Source of the DNA: Vulcanimicrobiota bacterium
GTDB lineage: Bacteria > Vulcanimicrobiota > Vulcanimicrobiia > Eremiobacterales > Eremiobacteraceae
Direction: 5' to 3'
Length of the DNA stretch: 64,000 nt
Assembly: GCA_963805945.1 (NCBI GenBank)
Contig: CAWDVP010000008.1
Location: forward strand, 1-64,000
In this document: positions 8,988 through 18,119 of the stretch, in pieces
How the letters are laid out: every line of letters begins with the position of its first letter
Numbering within the stretch: position 1 is the stretch's first letter
Made by a program: the position numbers and the translations under genes
The notes under the pieces: generated by a model
What the model was told of the DNA's origin: nothing
What the model saw: only the letters and a program-made list of their open reading frames with translations
The model's database searches: none

Positions 8988-11900
8988 CTATTGCACCGTC
9001 ACCGTCAGGAACACGGTGCCCGACGCACCCGGGTTGAGCAAGCCGGTGAACGTCCAAGTGACGATCCCGCCGGACGGCCCCGATGGGGTGCAGGCCGTCA
9101 ACGCCGCGCCCAGCGGTCCGCAAGTGGCGCTCACAAACGTGGTGTTGGGCGGCACCGGATCCGTCACCGCGAAGTTCGTCTCCGGGAACACGCTGGTGTT
9201 GGTATAGGTGATCGTGTAGAGCAGCGTATCCCCAGGGCTTGCGCTGCCGGTGGTCGCGTTCGAGCTGCCGGTGGTCACGTTGCGCACGACCTTGGCCAGC
9301 GACATCGAGACATGGCCGATGGTGATCTTCGCGGACGCCGGCAAGAGATTGGTCAGCCCGCCCGGCGTGACGATGGCGCCGGCAGGTATCGTGTTGGTGA
9401 AGGTACCGAACTGCGTCGGCGTCGCGGTCGTGATGTACACGTAGACGACGCACGAGGCGCTCGCAGGAATCGTGAAGCTCGTGACGTTGAACGACGCGCC
9501 GCCCGGCACGCCGACGATCGTCGCGCCGCAGCCCGGCGGCGCGCCGCCCTGCGGCGGCGGTTGCGTGGTGATGTCCTTGATGACGATGGCGCTCGGCAGC
9601 GTGTCGGTCACCGTCGTGATGGGCTGCGCGACGGCGGACGGATTCTGGAAGGTGAGCGCGACCCAGGTCGTGCCGCTGGGCGGAATCGCCGGCGCTAAGA
9701 ACGCTTTCGTCAGGCCGATGTTCGCCGACGACGTGAGCGTCGCGCTTGCGCTGAACGAGTTCGTCGCGCCCGAGGTCGCGGTGATCGATCCGGCTGGGAT
9801 GGTGTTGGTCAGATTTCCCTCGGTGACCGCGGTGACGTCCACGGCGATCGTGCATGGCTGCAGCGCTCCGCCTGCAGTACGCGAGGGCAACGTGGCGCCG
9901 CTCAGGACCACCTGACCGCTGCCTGCGGTTGCGACCAGCGTTGCGTTCGCGCAGGTCGTGCTGGCGTTGGGGATCGCGGCGACGGTCATGCCGGCTGGCA
10001 ACGTATCGGTGAGCCCCACACCCGTCTCGTTGAAGACGATGCCGCCGGTATAGGCTTGCGCGTTGTTCGAGAGCGTGATCAGCAGATGCGAGGTGCCGGC
10101 GGCGGGGATGGTGTTGGGCGTGAAGGTTTTGTTGACGTTGATCTGCGACGGCGCCACGAACACGACGTTGTTCGCGCCGTTCAACGTCTGGAGATTGTCC
10201 TCGGTGCTCTGGACGGTCATATGGCCGGCGGTGTAGGTGCCGGCGACCGCCGAGATCACGAAGTACGAGATCGTGCACGTGTCTTTGAAGACGAAGTCGG
10301 GCGACGTCGCGGTGTAGGACGTGCCGCCCGCCCCAGGCGTGAACGTGAGCACAGAGCCTTTCGTGCACGTATAGGTGAACTGCGGCGCGGCGGCCAGGAC
10401 CACATTCGTGCCCGCTACGTTGAAGTTGAAGACCGCGACGAGGTTGTGGTCGTCCGTGCCGGCCGTCGATATGATCCGGTCGCTCACCGAGATCGTGCCC
10501 TTGATCGGCGCGACGCCGACCGTGGTCGCGCCGCTGCTCGAGAAGTAGTGGGTGAGGGTCAGCCCGTGGTTGACGGTGAGATTGGCGTTGACGTTGGCGG
10601 CGTTGGTGATGGTCACATTGGCCGAGGTGACCACGGAAAAGCCGCCCGGCGGGATGCTGTTCGTGAGCGTCACCGGTAATGGCGCCGCGACGGTCGGCGT
10701 CACAGGCACGCTGACCGTGCAGGTCCTGGCTCCCGCGGCGATGGTCCCATTCGTCACTGCGATCGACGTGCCGCCGATCGGCGCGATGATCGTCGGTGCG
10801 CCGCAATTGGCGTTCGCCGTCACCGCGGCGGCGACGATCAGACCCGCGGGCAGGTTGTCGGTGATGGTGACGGCGTGCAGCGCCAGTCCGCCCGTCGGAT
10901 TGATGACGTTGATGTTGAGCGTCGAATTGTTGGCGCGCGCCACGCTGGCCGGGCTGAACGCTTTGGTGAACGTCACGGTCGGCGTCGGCGTCGGTCCGAC
11001 GGTGAGCACCGCAGAGGTGTTGCTGTTCGCTTTGAGCCCCTGGTCGTTGGTCACCGTGCTGCCGGTGACGGTGTTCGTCGGCGTCTGCGACGGCGGTGCG
11101 GCAGGCACGAGCACGTCGAACGTGATCTTGCAAGTTGCGCCGTTCACTCCCAAGCTCGGCGCCGCCGGCAAGGTGAGGCCGGAGACGACGACGGTTGACG
11201 TGCCGGCGATCGTGCCCGCCGGTCCGCCGCAGGAGTTGGCGAAGTTCGGGACCGCTGCGAGCAAGAGACCGCCCGGCAACACGTCTGAGAAGCCGAAGTT
11301 GGTCAGGGGGATGAGGTCGCGGTTGATCGCCGAGATGGTGATGGTCACCGTCGCGCCGGGGACCGTCGTCGCCGGCGTGAAGCTCTTGACGATCGTCGGC
11401 GTGATCGGGAAGTAGGTCACGTCGGCGGTGGTGCCCGCGTTGTTCATCACGCCTTGCGCGCTGGTGATCGCCTGCGAGGCCACGGTGAGCCGCTGGCTGC
11501 GCTGTGAATTCGAGAACTGGCCGTTGACGCTCACCGTCACCTGCACCGTGCAGGAGCCATTGGCCGCGATGGTCGCTCCGGTGACGCTGAACGTCGGCGG
11601 GGATACCGCGTTGTTGAAGGTCGCGACGCCGCCGCAGGAATCGGTGACGCTGACGATGTGGAGCGTCGCGCCGCCGACCGGCGACGAGAGCGAACCGGGG
11701 ATGGTGACGTTGGTGATCGGCAGCGCGTTCGGATTGGTCACCGTGACGATGAAGACCGGTGATGCGGTCTCCGGCACCTGGTTTGGCGTGACGGTGATCG
11801 TGACGCCGAGGTTCCCCGGGTTGGTGACTTGGAGCGTCGCGGAGGCGGGCGATGAGTTCGTGCCGGCACTGGTGACGAGCGCGCCTGCCGGAATCGTGTT

Positions 11901-12302
11901 GGTGAAGTTCTGCGCCGAGTTGCCGAACACCGAGACGGTCACCGTGCACGCGCCTGGTGTGAACGCGTCCGGCGCCTGCGGGATGACGCCGCCGTTCAGC
12001 GTGATGCTGTTGGCGGTGGTGTTCACCACGCCCCCGGCGCACGTGGTCGTCGGCGTCACCGTTCCGTCGACCGTGAGGCCGGCAGGCAAGTTGTCCGTCA
12101 TGCTCGTGACGGTGACGCTCGTCGTCGTGTCGTTGTTGAGCAGCGTGATGGTGAGCGTCGAATCGGCGGCGAAATTGACGTTCGACGGATTGAATGCCTT
12201 GTTGATGCCGATCGTTCCGGCGGAACCCGCCGGCGACCACACGAACAGCGCCACCAGTACAGCCAGGGCGCAGCCCAGCGCCACGCGCGAGATCGCACGC
12301 AT
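8988..12302 (-). CDS. Large secreted Ig-like repeat adhesin (7 repeats plus C-terminal truncated DUF11 domain)
   Basis: Intact ORF with signal peptide from ATG 12302. Repeats of K-x-F-x-P..TD-x-LP..C..C..TNTIP. Ends SLAK..PGDTLLYTITYTN..VTDPVP..LNPGASGTVFLTVTVQ. Confidence 0.85.
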   Translation of the reverse strand: MRAISRVALGCALAVLVALFVWSPAGSAGTIGINKAFNPSNVNFAADSTLTITLLNNDTTTSVTVTSMTDNLPAGLTVDGTVTPTTTCAGGVVNTTANSITLNGGVIPQAPDAFTPGACTVTVSVFGNSAQNFTNTIPAGALVTSAGTNSSPASATLQVTNPGNLGVTITVTPNQVPETASPVFIVTVTNPNALPITNVTIPGSLSSPVGGATLHIVSVTDSCGGVATFNNAVSPPTFSVTGATIAANGSCTVQVTVSVNGQFSNSQRSQRLTVASQAITSAQGVMNNAGTTADVTYFPITPTIVKSFTPATTVPGATVTITISAINRDLIPLTNFGFSDVLPGGLLLAAVPNFANSCGGPAGTIAGTSTVVVSGLTLPAAPSLGVNGATCKITFDVLVPAAPPSQTPTNTVTGSTVTNDQGLKANSNTSAVLTVGPTPTPTVTFTKAFSPASVARANNSTLNINVINPTGGLALHAVTITDNLPAGLIVAAAVTANANCGAPTIIAPIGGTSIAVTNGTIAAGARTCTVSVPVTPTVAAPLPVTLTNSIPPGGFSVVTSANVTITNAANVNANLTVNHGLTLTHYFSSSGATTVGVAPIKGTISVSDRIISTAGTDDHNLVAVFNFNVAGTNVVLAAAPQFTYTCTKGSVLTFTPGAGGTSYTATSPDFVFKDTCTISYFVISAVAGTYTAGHMTVQSTEDNLQTLNGANNVVFVAPSQINVNKTFTPNTIPAAGTSHLLITLSNNAQAYTGGIVFNETGVGLTDTLPAGMTVAAIPNASTTCANATLVATAGSGQVVLSGATLPSRTAGGALQPCTIAVDVTAVTEGNLTNTIPAGSITATSGATNSFSASATLTSSANIGLTKAFLAPAIPPSGTTWVALTFQNPSAVAQPITTVTDTLPSAIVIKDITTQPPPQGGAPPGCGATIVGVPGGASFNVTSFTIPASASCVVYVYITTATPTQFGTFTNTIPAGAIVTPGGLTNLLPASAKITIGHVSMSLAKVVRNVTTGSSNATTGSASPGDTLLYTITYTNTSVFPETNFAVTDPVPPNTTFVSATCGPLGAALTACTPSGPSGGIVTWTFTGLLNPGASGTVFLTVTVQ

Positions 12303-12516
12303 GGCTAGCGCCGCCCCGGTATCAAGAGATCGTGAGCTCCACCCTCGTAAGACTCGGATCCGAACCCCCTGTGACGCGCGCGAAAGCCAGGTCGGAGACA
12401 ATGTCGCCGTACTATAGATATGCTCGGCAGGAACGACCTCACAGTTGAGCGCCGATCCTCATCAGGCTCTAGGGTAACGCCCATCGGGCGTGCAAGCGCC
12501 GGGAACGGAGGGTTCT

Positions 12517-13176
12517 ATGATGACGAACGATACCGACGGACTTACCTCTTTGACCGACCGCGTCAACGCCTTGGAGCGGGAGAACCGGCGCCTCAAGGGC
12601 GGCGGCGCGATGTTGCTCGCCGTGGTCGTCGCGCTGAGCGCGATGGGCGCAGGTGCTGTGGAGTCGTTGAACGCGCAGAAGTTGACCGTCACGGACACGA
12701 CCGGCTCGGTCACCATCTCGGGCTCGGATATCATCATGAAGAACCCGAACGGCACCGAGCGGCTCTTCCTCGGCCTCAGCGAGAAGGACCATCCGGTGCT
12801 GAACTTCTACGGGCCGGAGGGGAAGAACCGCGTCAGCCTCATCGGTTCCGATCTGCCGTTCCTGCGGTTGCTCGACGCGAAACAAGAGCGGGAATATATG
12901 GGCTTGACGACCGACAATCATCCGGTGCTGCGCCTGTACGCTTCCGACGGCACCGAGCGCGCCTTTCTCGGCGTGAGCACGCAGAACGATCCGAATCTTC
13001 TTATGTATGGCTCGAACGGGAAGCTGCGCGCCGCGCTCACCGCGACCGATCTGCCGTACTTCACCATGTATGACGCCGCCAACACGCCGCGCATCAACAT
13101 CCAAGTGAGCGACAGCAATATCGCCAAGATGTGGCTCGAGGATACCAGCGGAAGTTCGACCTGGCGCGCTCCGTAG
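12517..13176 (+). CDS. Hypothetical protein: short coiled coil, TM helix, then ~22-aa beta repeats
   Basis: GGAGG SD. LTDRVNALERENRRLK, hydrophobic segment, then repeated PVL-x-LY-xxx-G-x-ER-x-x-LG units. Confidence 0.75.
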   Translation: MMTNDTDGLTSLTDRVNALERENRRLKGGGAMLLAVVVALSAMGAGAVESLNAQKLTVTDTTGSVTISGSDIIMKNPNGTERLFLGLSEKDHPVLNFYGPEGKNRVSLIGSDLPFLRLLDAKQEREYMGLTTDNHPVLRLYASDGTERAFLGVSTQNDPNLLMYGSNGKLRAALTATDLPYFTMYDAANTPRINIQVSDSNIAKMWLEDTSGSSTWRAP

Positions 13177-13177
13177 C

Positions 13178-14194
13178 GTGCTCCTGCTGGGGATAGAGAC
13201 CTCGTGCGACGATACCGCCGCGGCGGTCGTCGCGGATGGCCGCGTCGTCGAGAGCAACGTGCTGGCGTCGCAGGACGAGTTCCACCGCCAGTACGGCGGC
13301 GTCGTGCCCGAGATCGCGAGCCGGCGGCATGCGGAGATGCTAGGCTCGGTCATCGAGCTCGCGCTGACCAAAGCCGGGCGCGGTTTCGACGCGCTCGACG
13401 GCGTCGCCGTCACCTGCGGACCGGGGCTCGCCGGCTCGCTGGTGGTCGGCGTCGCAGCGGCGCAGGCGATCGCGTTCGCGCGCGGGCTGCCCGCATACGC
13501 GGTCAACCATCTGCACGGCCACCTCTTCGCGAACTACCTCGAAAACCCGGACGCTCCGGACCAGGCGCCGCCGCAGACCCCGTTCATCTGCCTGATCGTC
13601 TCGGGCGGCCACACCGATCTCATCCACGTCGAATCACCCGGCAGGCATCACATCATCGGCCGGACGCTCGACGATGCCGCCGGCGAGGCGTACGACAAAG
13701 TCGCACGGCTACTCGGCCTCGGCTTCCCCGGCGGTCCCGCGCTCGACGCGCTCGCGCGATCTGGCGATCCGCGCGCTTTCGATTTCCCACGCAGCCTGCT
13801 CTCCGACGGCTCGTACGACTTCAGTTTCTCCGGGCTCAAGACGGCGGTGCGCTACCATCTTGACGCCCACCCGGATCACGTCGCGTCGCGCGCGGCTGAC
13901 GTCGCCGCGAGTTTCCAGGCGGCGGTCGTGGACGTGCTGTGCGTGAAGACGCTGCGCGCCGCTGAGACGTTCGGCGTGTCCACCGTGGCGCTCGCGGGGG
14001 GCGTCTCCGCCAATTCGGCTCTTCGCGCGGAGCTGCGCCGGCGCGGCCAGGAAAAGGGTTTACGGGTGCTCGTGCCCCCGCTCGCCTATTGCACCGACAA
14101 CGCGGCGATGATCGCCGCAGCCGCATATTACCGCGGCGACGCCGCGCGCGTGCCGGCCGCGGCGCTCCACGCGGACCCGAACTTTGCCTGGTGA
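13178..14194 (+). CDS. tsaD: tRNA t6A37 threonylcarbamoyltransferase TsaD
   Basis: LGIETSCDDTAAAV, YGGVVPEIASRRH, VNHLHGH, VSGGHT, DDAAGEAYDKVAR, FSFSGLKTA, CTDNAAMIA. Confidence 0.97.
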   Translation: MLLLGIETSCDDTAAAVVADGRVVESNVLASQDEFHRQYGGVVPEIASRRHAEMLGSVIELALTKAGRGFDALDGVAVTCGPGLAGSLVVGVAAAQAIAFARGLPAYAVNHLHGHLFANYLENPDAPDQAPPQTPFICLIVSGGHTDLIHVESPGRHHIIGRTLDDAAGEAYDKVARLLGLGFPGGPALDALARSGDPRAFDFPRSLLSDGSYDFSFSGLKTAVRYHLDAHPDHVASRAADVAASFQAAVVDVLCVKTLRAAETFGVSTVALAGGVSANSALRAELRRRGQEKGLRVLVPPLAYCTDNAAMIAAAAYYRGDAARVPAAALHADPNFAW

Positions 14195-14339
14195 CGGCGA
14201 ATACGACCGCGGCGAACGCAAGGAGCTGTCGCGGGAGTTCCGCATGTGGCTCGCCGGCTGCGGCATCGTGGTGCTGATCTTGGTCGTCTGCTTCGTGCTC
14301 TACGCGGTACTGCTCATCAGGAGCGGCTGGCACGGCTGA
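14184..14339 (+). CDS. Small single-pass membrane protein, 51 aa (not in the ORF track)
   Basis: TTG start overlapping the tsaD end. MPGDGEYDRGERKELSREFRMWLAGCGIVVLILVVCFVLYAVLLIRSGWHG*, with typical GC3-rich codons. Confidence 0.55.
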   Translation: MPGDGEYDRGERKELSREFRMWLAGCGIVVLILVVCFVLYAVLLIRSGWHG

Positions 14340-14350
14340 GCGCGGCCTAT

Positions 14351-14416
14351 GTAGGGGTCGACCTTTTGGTCGACCCGGTCACTGCGAAGCGGACCGACCT
14401 AAAGGTCGGTCCCTAC
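14351..14416. repeat. REP family A inverted doublet (REPIN/BIME-like)
   Basis: GTAGGGGTCGACCTTTTGGTCGACCC (14351-14376) plus GGACCGACCTAAAGGTCGGTCCCTAC (14391-14416). Confidence 0.9.
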
Positions 14417-14437
14417 ATGGATGCCAAATATCGCGGG

Positions 14438-15995
14438 ATGATTTCCCGCGCCGCCCTGTTCGCCGCCATCTTCTTGTCATGCGTGCTCTTGGCCGCGACC
14501 GCGCGCGCCGACACGCCCTCGCCGGCTCCGGGCGCGTCTACGAACCCGTCCGCAAGCCCGACCGCGACGCCGGTCGAGCCGACGCCGCCGGCGGACGTCT
14601 CGACGCATCACACCACCCAGCTCGACGGGCGCAGCATCCCCTATACCGCAACCGCCGGCACGATCACGCTGCGCGACGACGAGAACGAGCCGACCGCCTC
14701 CATGTTCTATGTCGCCTACACCCAAGACGGCGTCGGCAGATCTGAGCCACCGGCCGGTGACCTTCTTCTATAACGGCGGGCCAGGCGCGGGCACGATCTG
14801 GCTGCATATGGGCTCGTTCGCACCGAGGCGCGTCGTCGTGCCCAACGCCGGCGCCACGCGCGGACCGCCGTATCAGCTGGTCGACAACGAATACGGCTTG
14901 CTCGACAAGTCCGATCTCGTCTTCATCGACGCGCCGGGGACGGGCTTTTCGCGGCTCACCGGCAAGTCAAAGCCCAAGGACTTCTTCGGCATCGACAAGG
15001 ACGCCGCCGCGTTCGGACAGTTCATCCAGCGCTACCTCACCGCGAACAAGCGCTGGAACTCGCCGAAGTTCCTCTTCGGCGAGAGCTACGGCACGACGCG
15101 GTCGTGCGCGCTGGCCCGCTATCTGCAGCGGCATGAGATCAATGTCAACGGCGTCGTGCTGCTCTCGGCCGCGCTCAACTTCTTGCAGTTCCAAGGCGGC
15201 GATGGCAACGACATGCCGTACGTCACCTACGTGCCGACAGAGGCGGCGGTCGCGTGGTACCATCACAAAGTGCCGGACCCGCCCGCTGATTTCCAAGCGT
15301 TCCTCCGATCCGCGCAGGCCTTTGCGGTCGGAGAGTACGCCACCGCGCTCGCGCAAGGGTCGACGCTCAGCCCCGCCGCGCGCGAAGACGTCATCCATAA
15401 GCTGCACGGCTTCATCGGCATCAGCGAGGCCTATCTGCGCCGCGCCGATCTGCGCATCGAGCCCGACGAGTTCGAGAAGCAGCTGCTCGGCGGCTCGTAT
15501 CTCATCCTGGGCCGCTATGACGCGCGCTACGTCGGCGTCGACGTCTCGCCGAACGCCCAGGTTCCCGACTGGGATCCGTCCTACGATTACATCGCACCGC
15601 CATACGTCGCGACCTTGAACGACTACGTGCGCGGCGAACTCGGCTATCACACGACCGCGTTCTACAAGCCGCTCACGTTCTTAGGGGAGTGGGACTTCCA
15701 TCGCGCGGGTCAGCAGGCGGAGATCGACACCGGCGACGTCTTGCCCGATCTCATGCTCGCCATGACCACAAACCCGCGCCTGCGCGTGTTCTCGGCGAAC
15801 GGCTATTACGACATGGCGACGCCGTTCTTCGCGACCGAGTTCCTCATCGATCACATGGGGCTCAATCCGGCGCTCGCGGGGCACATCCAGTACAATTTCT
15901 ATCAGTCGGGGCACATGGTCTATCTGAACACGACGGCGCTGGCGGCCTTCAAGAAGGATCTCGCGCGCTGGTACGACATGGTCTTGTCGATGTAG
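14438..15995 (+). CDS. Secreted serine carboxypeptidase, peptidase S10 family; one frameshift near 14735
   Basis: Signal peptide, IPYTATAGT, RPVTFFYNGGPG, DLVFIDAPGTGFS, GESYGTTR, GYYDMATPF, YQSGHMVY. Confidence 0.93.
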
Positions 15996-16057
15996 GGGCC
16001 GACCTTTAGGTCGGCCCAAGCGCACGATCCAGGGTCGATCTAAAGATCGACCCCTAC
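15992..16057. repeat. REP family A inverted doublet
   Basis: GTAGGGGCCGACCTTTAGGTCGGCCC (15992-16017) plus GGGTCGATCTAAAGATCGACCCCTAC (16032-16057). Confidence 0.9.
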
Positions 16058-16068
16058 ATTGAAGTGCG

Positions 16069-17490
16069 TTAAGTCCCGGGACGCACGATCTTCAGGAAAT
16101 TGGTCTTGCCGCGCACGCCCATCGGCGTGCCGCCGACGATGACGACCGCCTCGCCCGGCGCGACCTCGCCGCCGCGCAGCAATTCGGCCTCGACGACCGC
16201 GATGAGCGCTTCCGTGTCCGCCGCGAAGTTGATGACCCGCGGCGCGACGCCCCAATCCAGCGTCAGGCGGCGGCCGATGGCTTCGTCGGCGACGAACGCG
16301 TAGATCGGCACGCGCGGCCGGTCCTTGCTCACGATGCGCGCGGAGAAGCCTGAACGGGTGAACGCGGCGATGCAGCGCACGTCGATGCTCTCGGTGATGC
16401 TGCAGGCGGCGTGCGAGATCGCGTGCGAATCGCTCTCGACGCGCAAGCTACGCCGCACGCGCGGCGGGAAGAACTCCTCCGTCTCGAGCGCGATGCGCAC
16501 CATGGTCTCCACCGCCTCCGCCGGGAACTCGCCCGCGGCCGTCTCGCCCGACAGCATGATGCCGTCGGTGCCGTCGATGATGGCGTTGGCGACATCCGAT
16601 GCCTCGGCGCGGGTCGGCCGCGGCGCGTGGATCATCGACTCGAGCATTTGCGTCGCGGTGATCACCGGTTTGAGCAGCGCGCCGGCGCGTTTGATGATCA
16701 TCTTCTGCAGGATGGGCACCCGCTCGGGCATCATCTCGACGCCGAGATCGCCGCGCGCCACCATGACGGCGTCGGCTGCGTTGATGATGTCGTCGAGGTG
16801 CTCGATCGCCTCCGGCTTCTCGATCTTCGCGATGACGGGCGTATCCCCGCCGGCCGCCGCGACCGCCGCCTTGGCTTCGACGACGTCGTTCGGATGCCGC
16901 ACGAACGACAGCGCGAGGAAATCCACGCCGGCGCGCACCGCGTGCTCCAGATCGACTCTGTCCTTCTGCGTCAGCGCGGGCGACGAGACCGCGACGCCGG
17001 GCAGGTTCATGCCGGCGTGTTCGGAGAGCATGCCGCCGTGGACCACGATGCAGCGCACGACGTCCCCCGACACCGCCTCGACGCGCAGCTCGACCGCGCC
17101 GTCGGAGAGCAGGATGCGGTCGCCAGGCTTCACATCGCGCGGCAGCGCCGCGTAACCGGTGCCGAGGCGTTCGCTCGAACCTTCGATGGGCTGGGTAGTG
17201 ATCTCGACGCGCGCGCCGTCAACCAATCGCACCGGTTCGTGACCGGCGAGCGTGCCGACGCGCAGCTTCGGACCTTGCAGGTCGGCGAGCATACCCACCG
17301 TGCGCCCGCGCGCCGCGGCGGCCGCACGGACCAGCGCCAGCCATTCGTCGAGTTCGCCGAGCGTCGCGTGCGAGAGGTTGACGCGGAACACGTCGATGCC
17401 GGCATCCACGAGCTTATCGAGCACGCCGGGCCGCCGGCAGCTCGGCCCAAGCGTGGCGACGATCTTGGTGCGGCGCAAACGCTCGGTCAT
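16069..17490 (-). CDS. pyk: Pyruvate kinase
   Basis: RRTKIVATLGPS, DLQGPKLRVG, IAKIEKPEA, MVARGDLGVE, ITATQMLESM, MLSGETA. ATGA overlap with the purN stop. Confidence 0.97.
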   Translation of the reverse strand: MTERLRRTKIVATLGPSCRRPGVLDKLVDAGIDVFRVNLSHATLGELDEWLALVRAAAAARGRTVGMLADLQGPKLRVGTLAGHEPVRLVDGARVEITTQPIEGSSERLGTGYAALPRDVKPGDRILLSDGAVELRVEAVSGDVVRCIVVHGGMLSEHAGMNLPGVAVSSPALTQKDRVDLEHAVRAGVDFLALSFVRHPNDVVEAKAAVAAAGGDTPVIAKIEKPEAIEHLDDIINAADAVMVARGDLGVEMMPERVPILQKMIIKRAGALLKPVITATQMLESMIHAPRPTRAEASDVANAIIDGTDGIMLSGETAAGEFPAEAVETMVRIALETEEFFPPRVRRSLRVESDSHAISHAACSITESIDVRCIAAFTRSGFSARIVSKDRPRVPIYAFVADEAIGRRLTLDWGVAPRVINFAADTEALIAVVEAELLRGGEVAPGEAVVIVGGTPMGVRGKTNFLKIVRPGT

Positions 17491-18119
17491 CGCTGGCGCT
17501 TCAGCCACGCGTTGATCCCTTCGCGCACGACGCGTTGTTCGACCGGGTGCAGCCGCGCGAGCGCGGCGGCGACGTCATCGCCGGGCTGCAGCGCGAACGG
17601 TTCGCGCGCGAGCACGGGGCCGCGATCGATCGCAGGCGTGATCTCGATGAGCGACGCGCCGGTCGTGCGCGCGCCGGCTGCCAGCGCATCGCGTAACGCG
17701 TGCGCACCGCGGAAGACCGGCGAGACGATGCCGTCGGGCAAGGTGACCTCATCTGCCGCCGGGTCGTCGGGCAGAAAGGCCGGATGGAGATTGAGCACGC
17801 CCGCGAAACCGGCGGCCAAGAACTCCGGCGCGAGCACGTGCATCCAGCCGAGCAGCAGCACGAGCTGCGCGCCGGAACTTCGTACTGCGGCCGCGAGGCG
17901 ATGCGCGTATGCAGCGCGAGATTCCGTATCGCGCGCGTACGGCATCACCAGAACCGGCACGCCTGCGCGGCGCGCCCGCTCGAGCGCGAAGGCATCGGGG
18001 TTGTTCGACACGACGAGCCGCACGTCAAGCGCCAGCGCGCCGCTTTTCGCGTCGTCGAGCACCGCCTGGAGATTCGTGCCGTTGCCGGAGGCGAACACCG
18101 CCGTCGGAAACGGTTTCAA
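17487..18119 (-). CDS. purN: Phosphoribosylglycinamide formyltransferase
   Basis: AVFASGNGTNLQAV, VVSNNPDAFALERA, LLGWMHVL, LNLHPAFLP, IDRGPVL. Confidence 0.92.
   Translation of the reverse strand: MKPFPTAVFASGNGTNLQAVLDDAKSGALALDVRLVVSNNPDAFALERARRAGVPVLVMPYARDTESRAAYAHRLAAAVRSSGAQLVLLLGWMHVLAPEFLAAGFAGVLNLHPAFLPDDPAADEVTLPDGIVSPVFRGAHALRDALAAGARTTGASLIEITPAIDRGPVLAREPFALQPGDDVAAALARLHPVEQRVVREGINAWLKRQR

Noticed and set aside
2053..12417. Long alternative-frame and antisense ORFs (e.g. 2053-4188 +, 8974-12240 -)
   Set aside because: Arg/Ala/Gly-rich shadow ORFs expected from high GC3 codon bias; the overlapping frames carry the real motifs.
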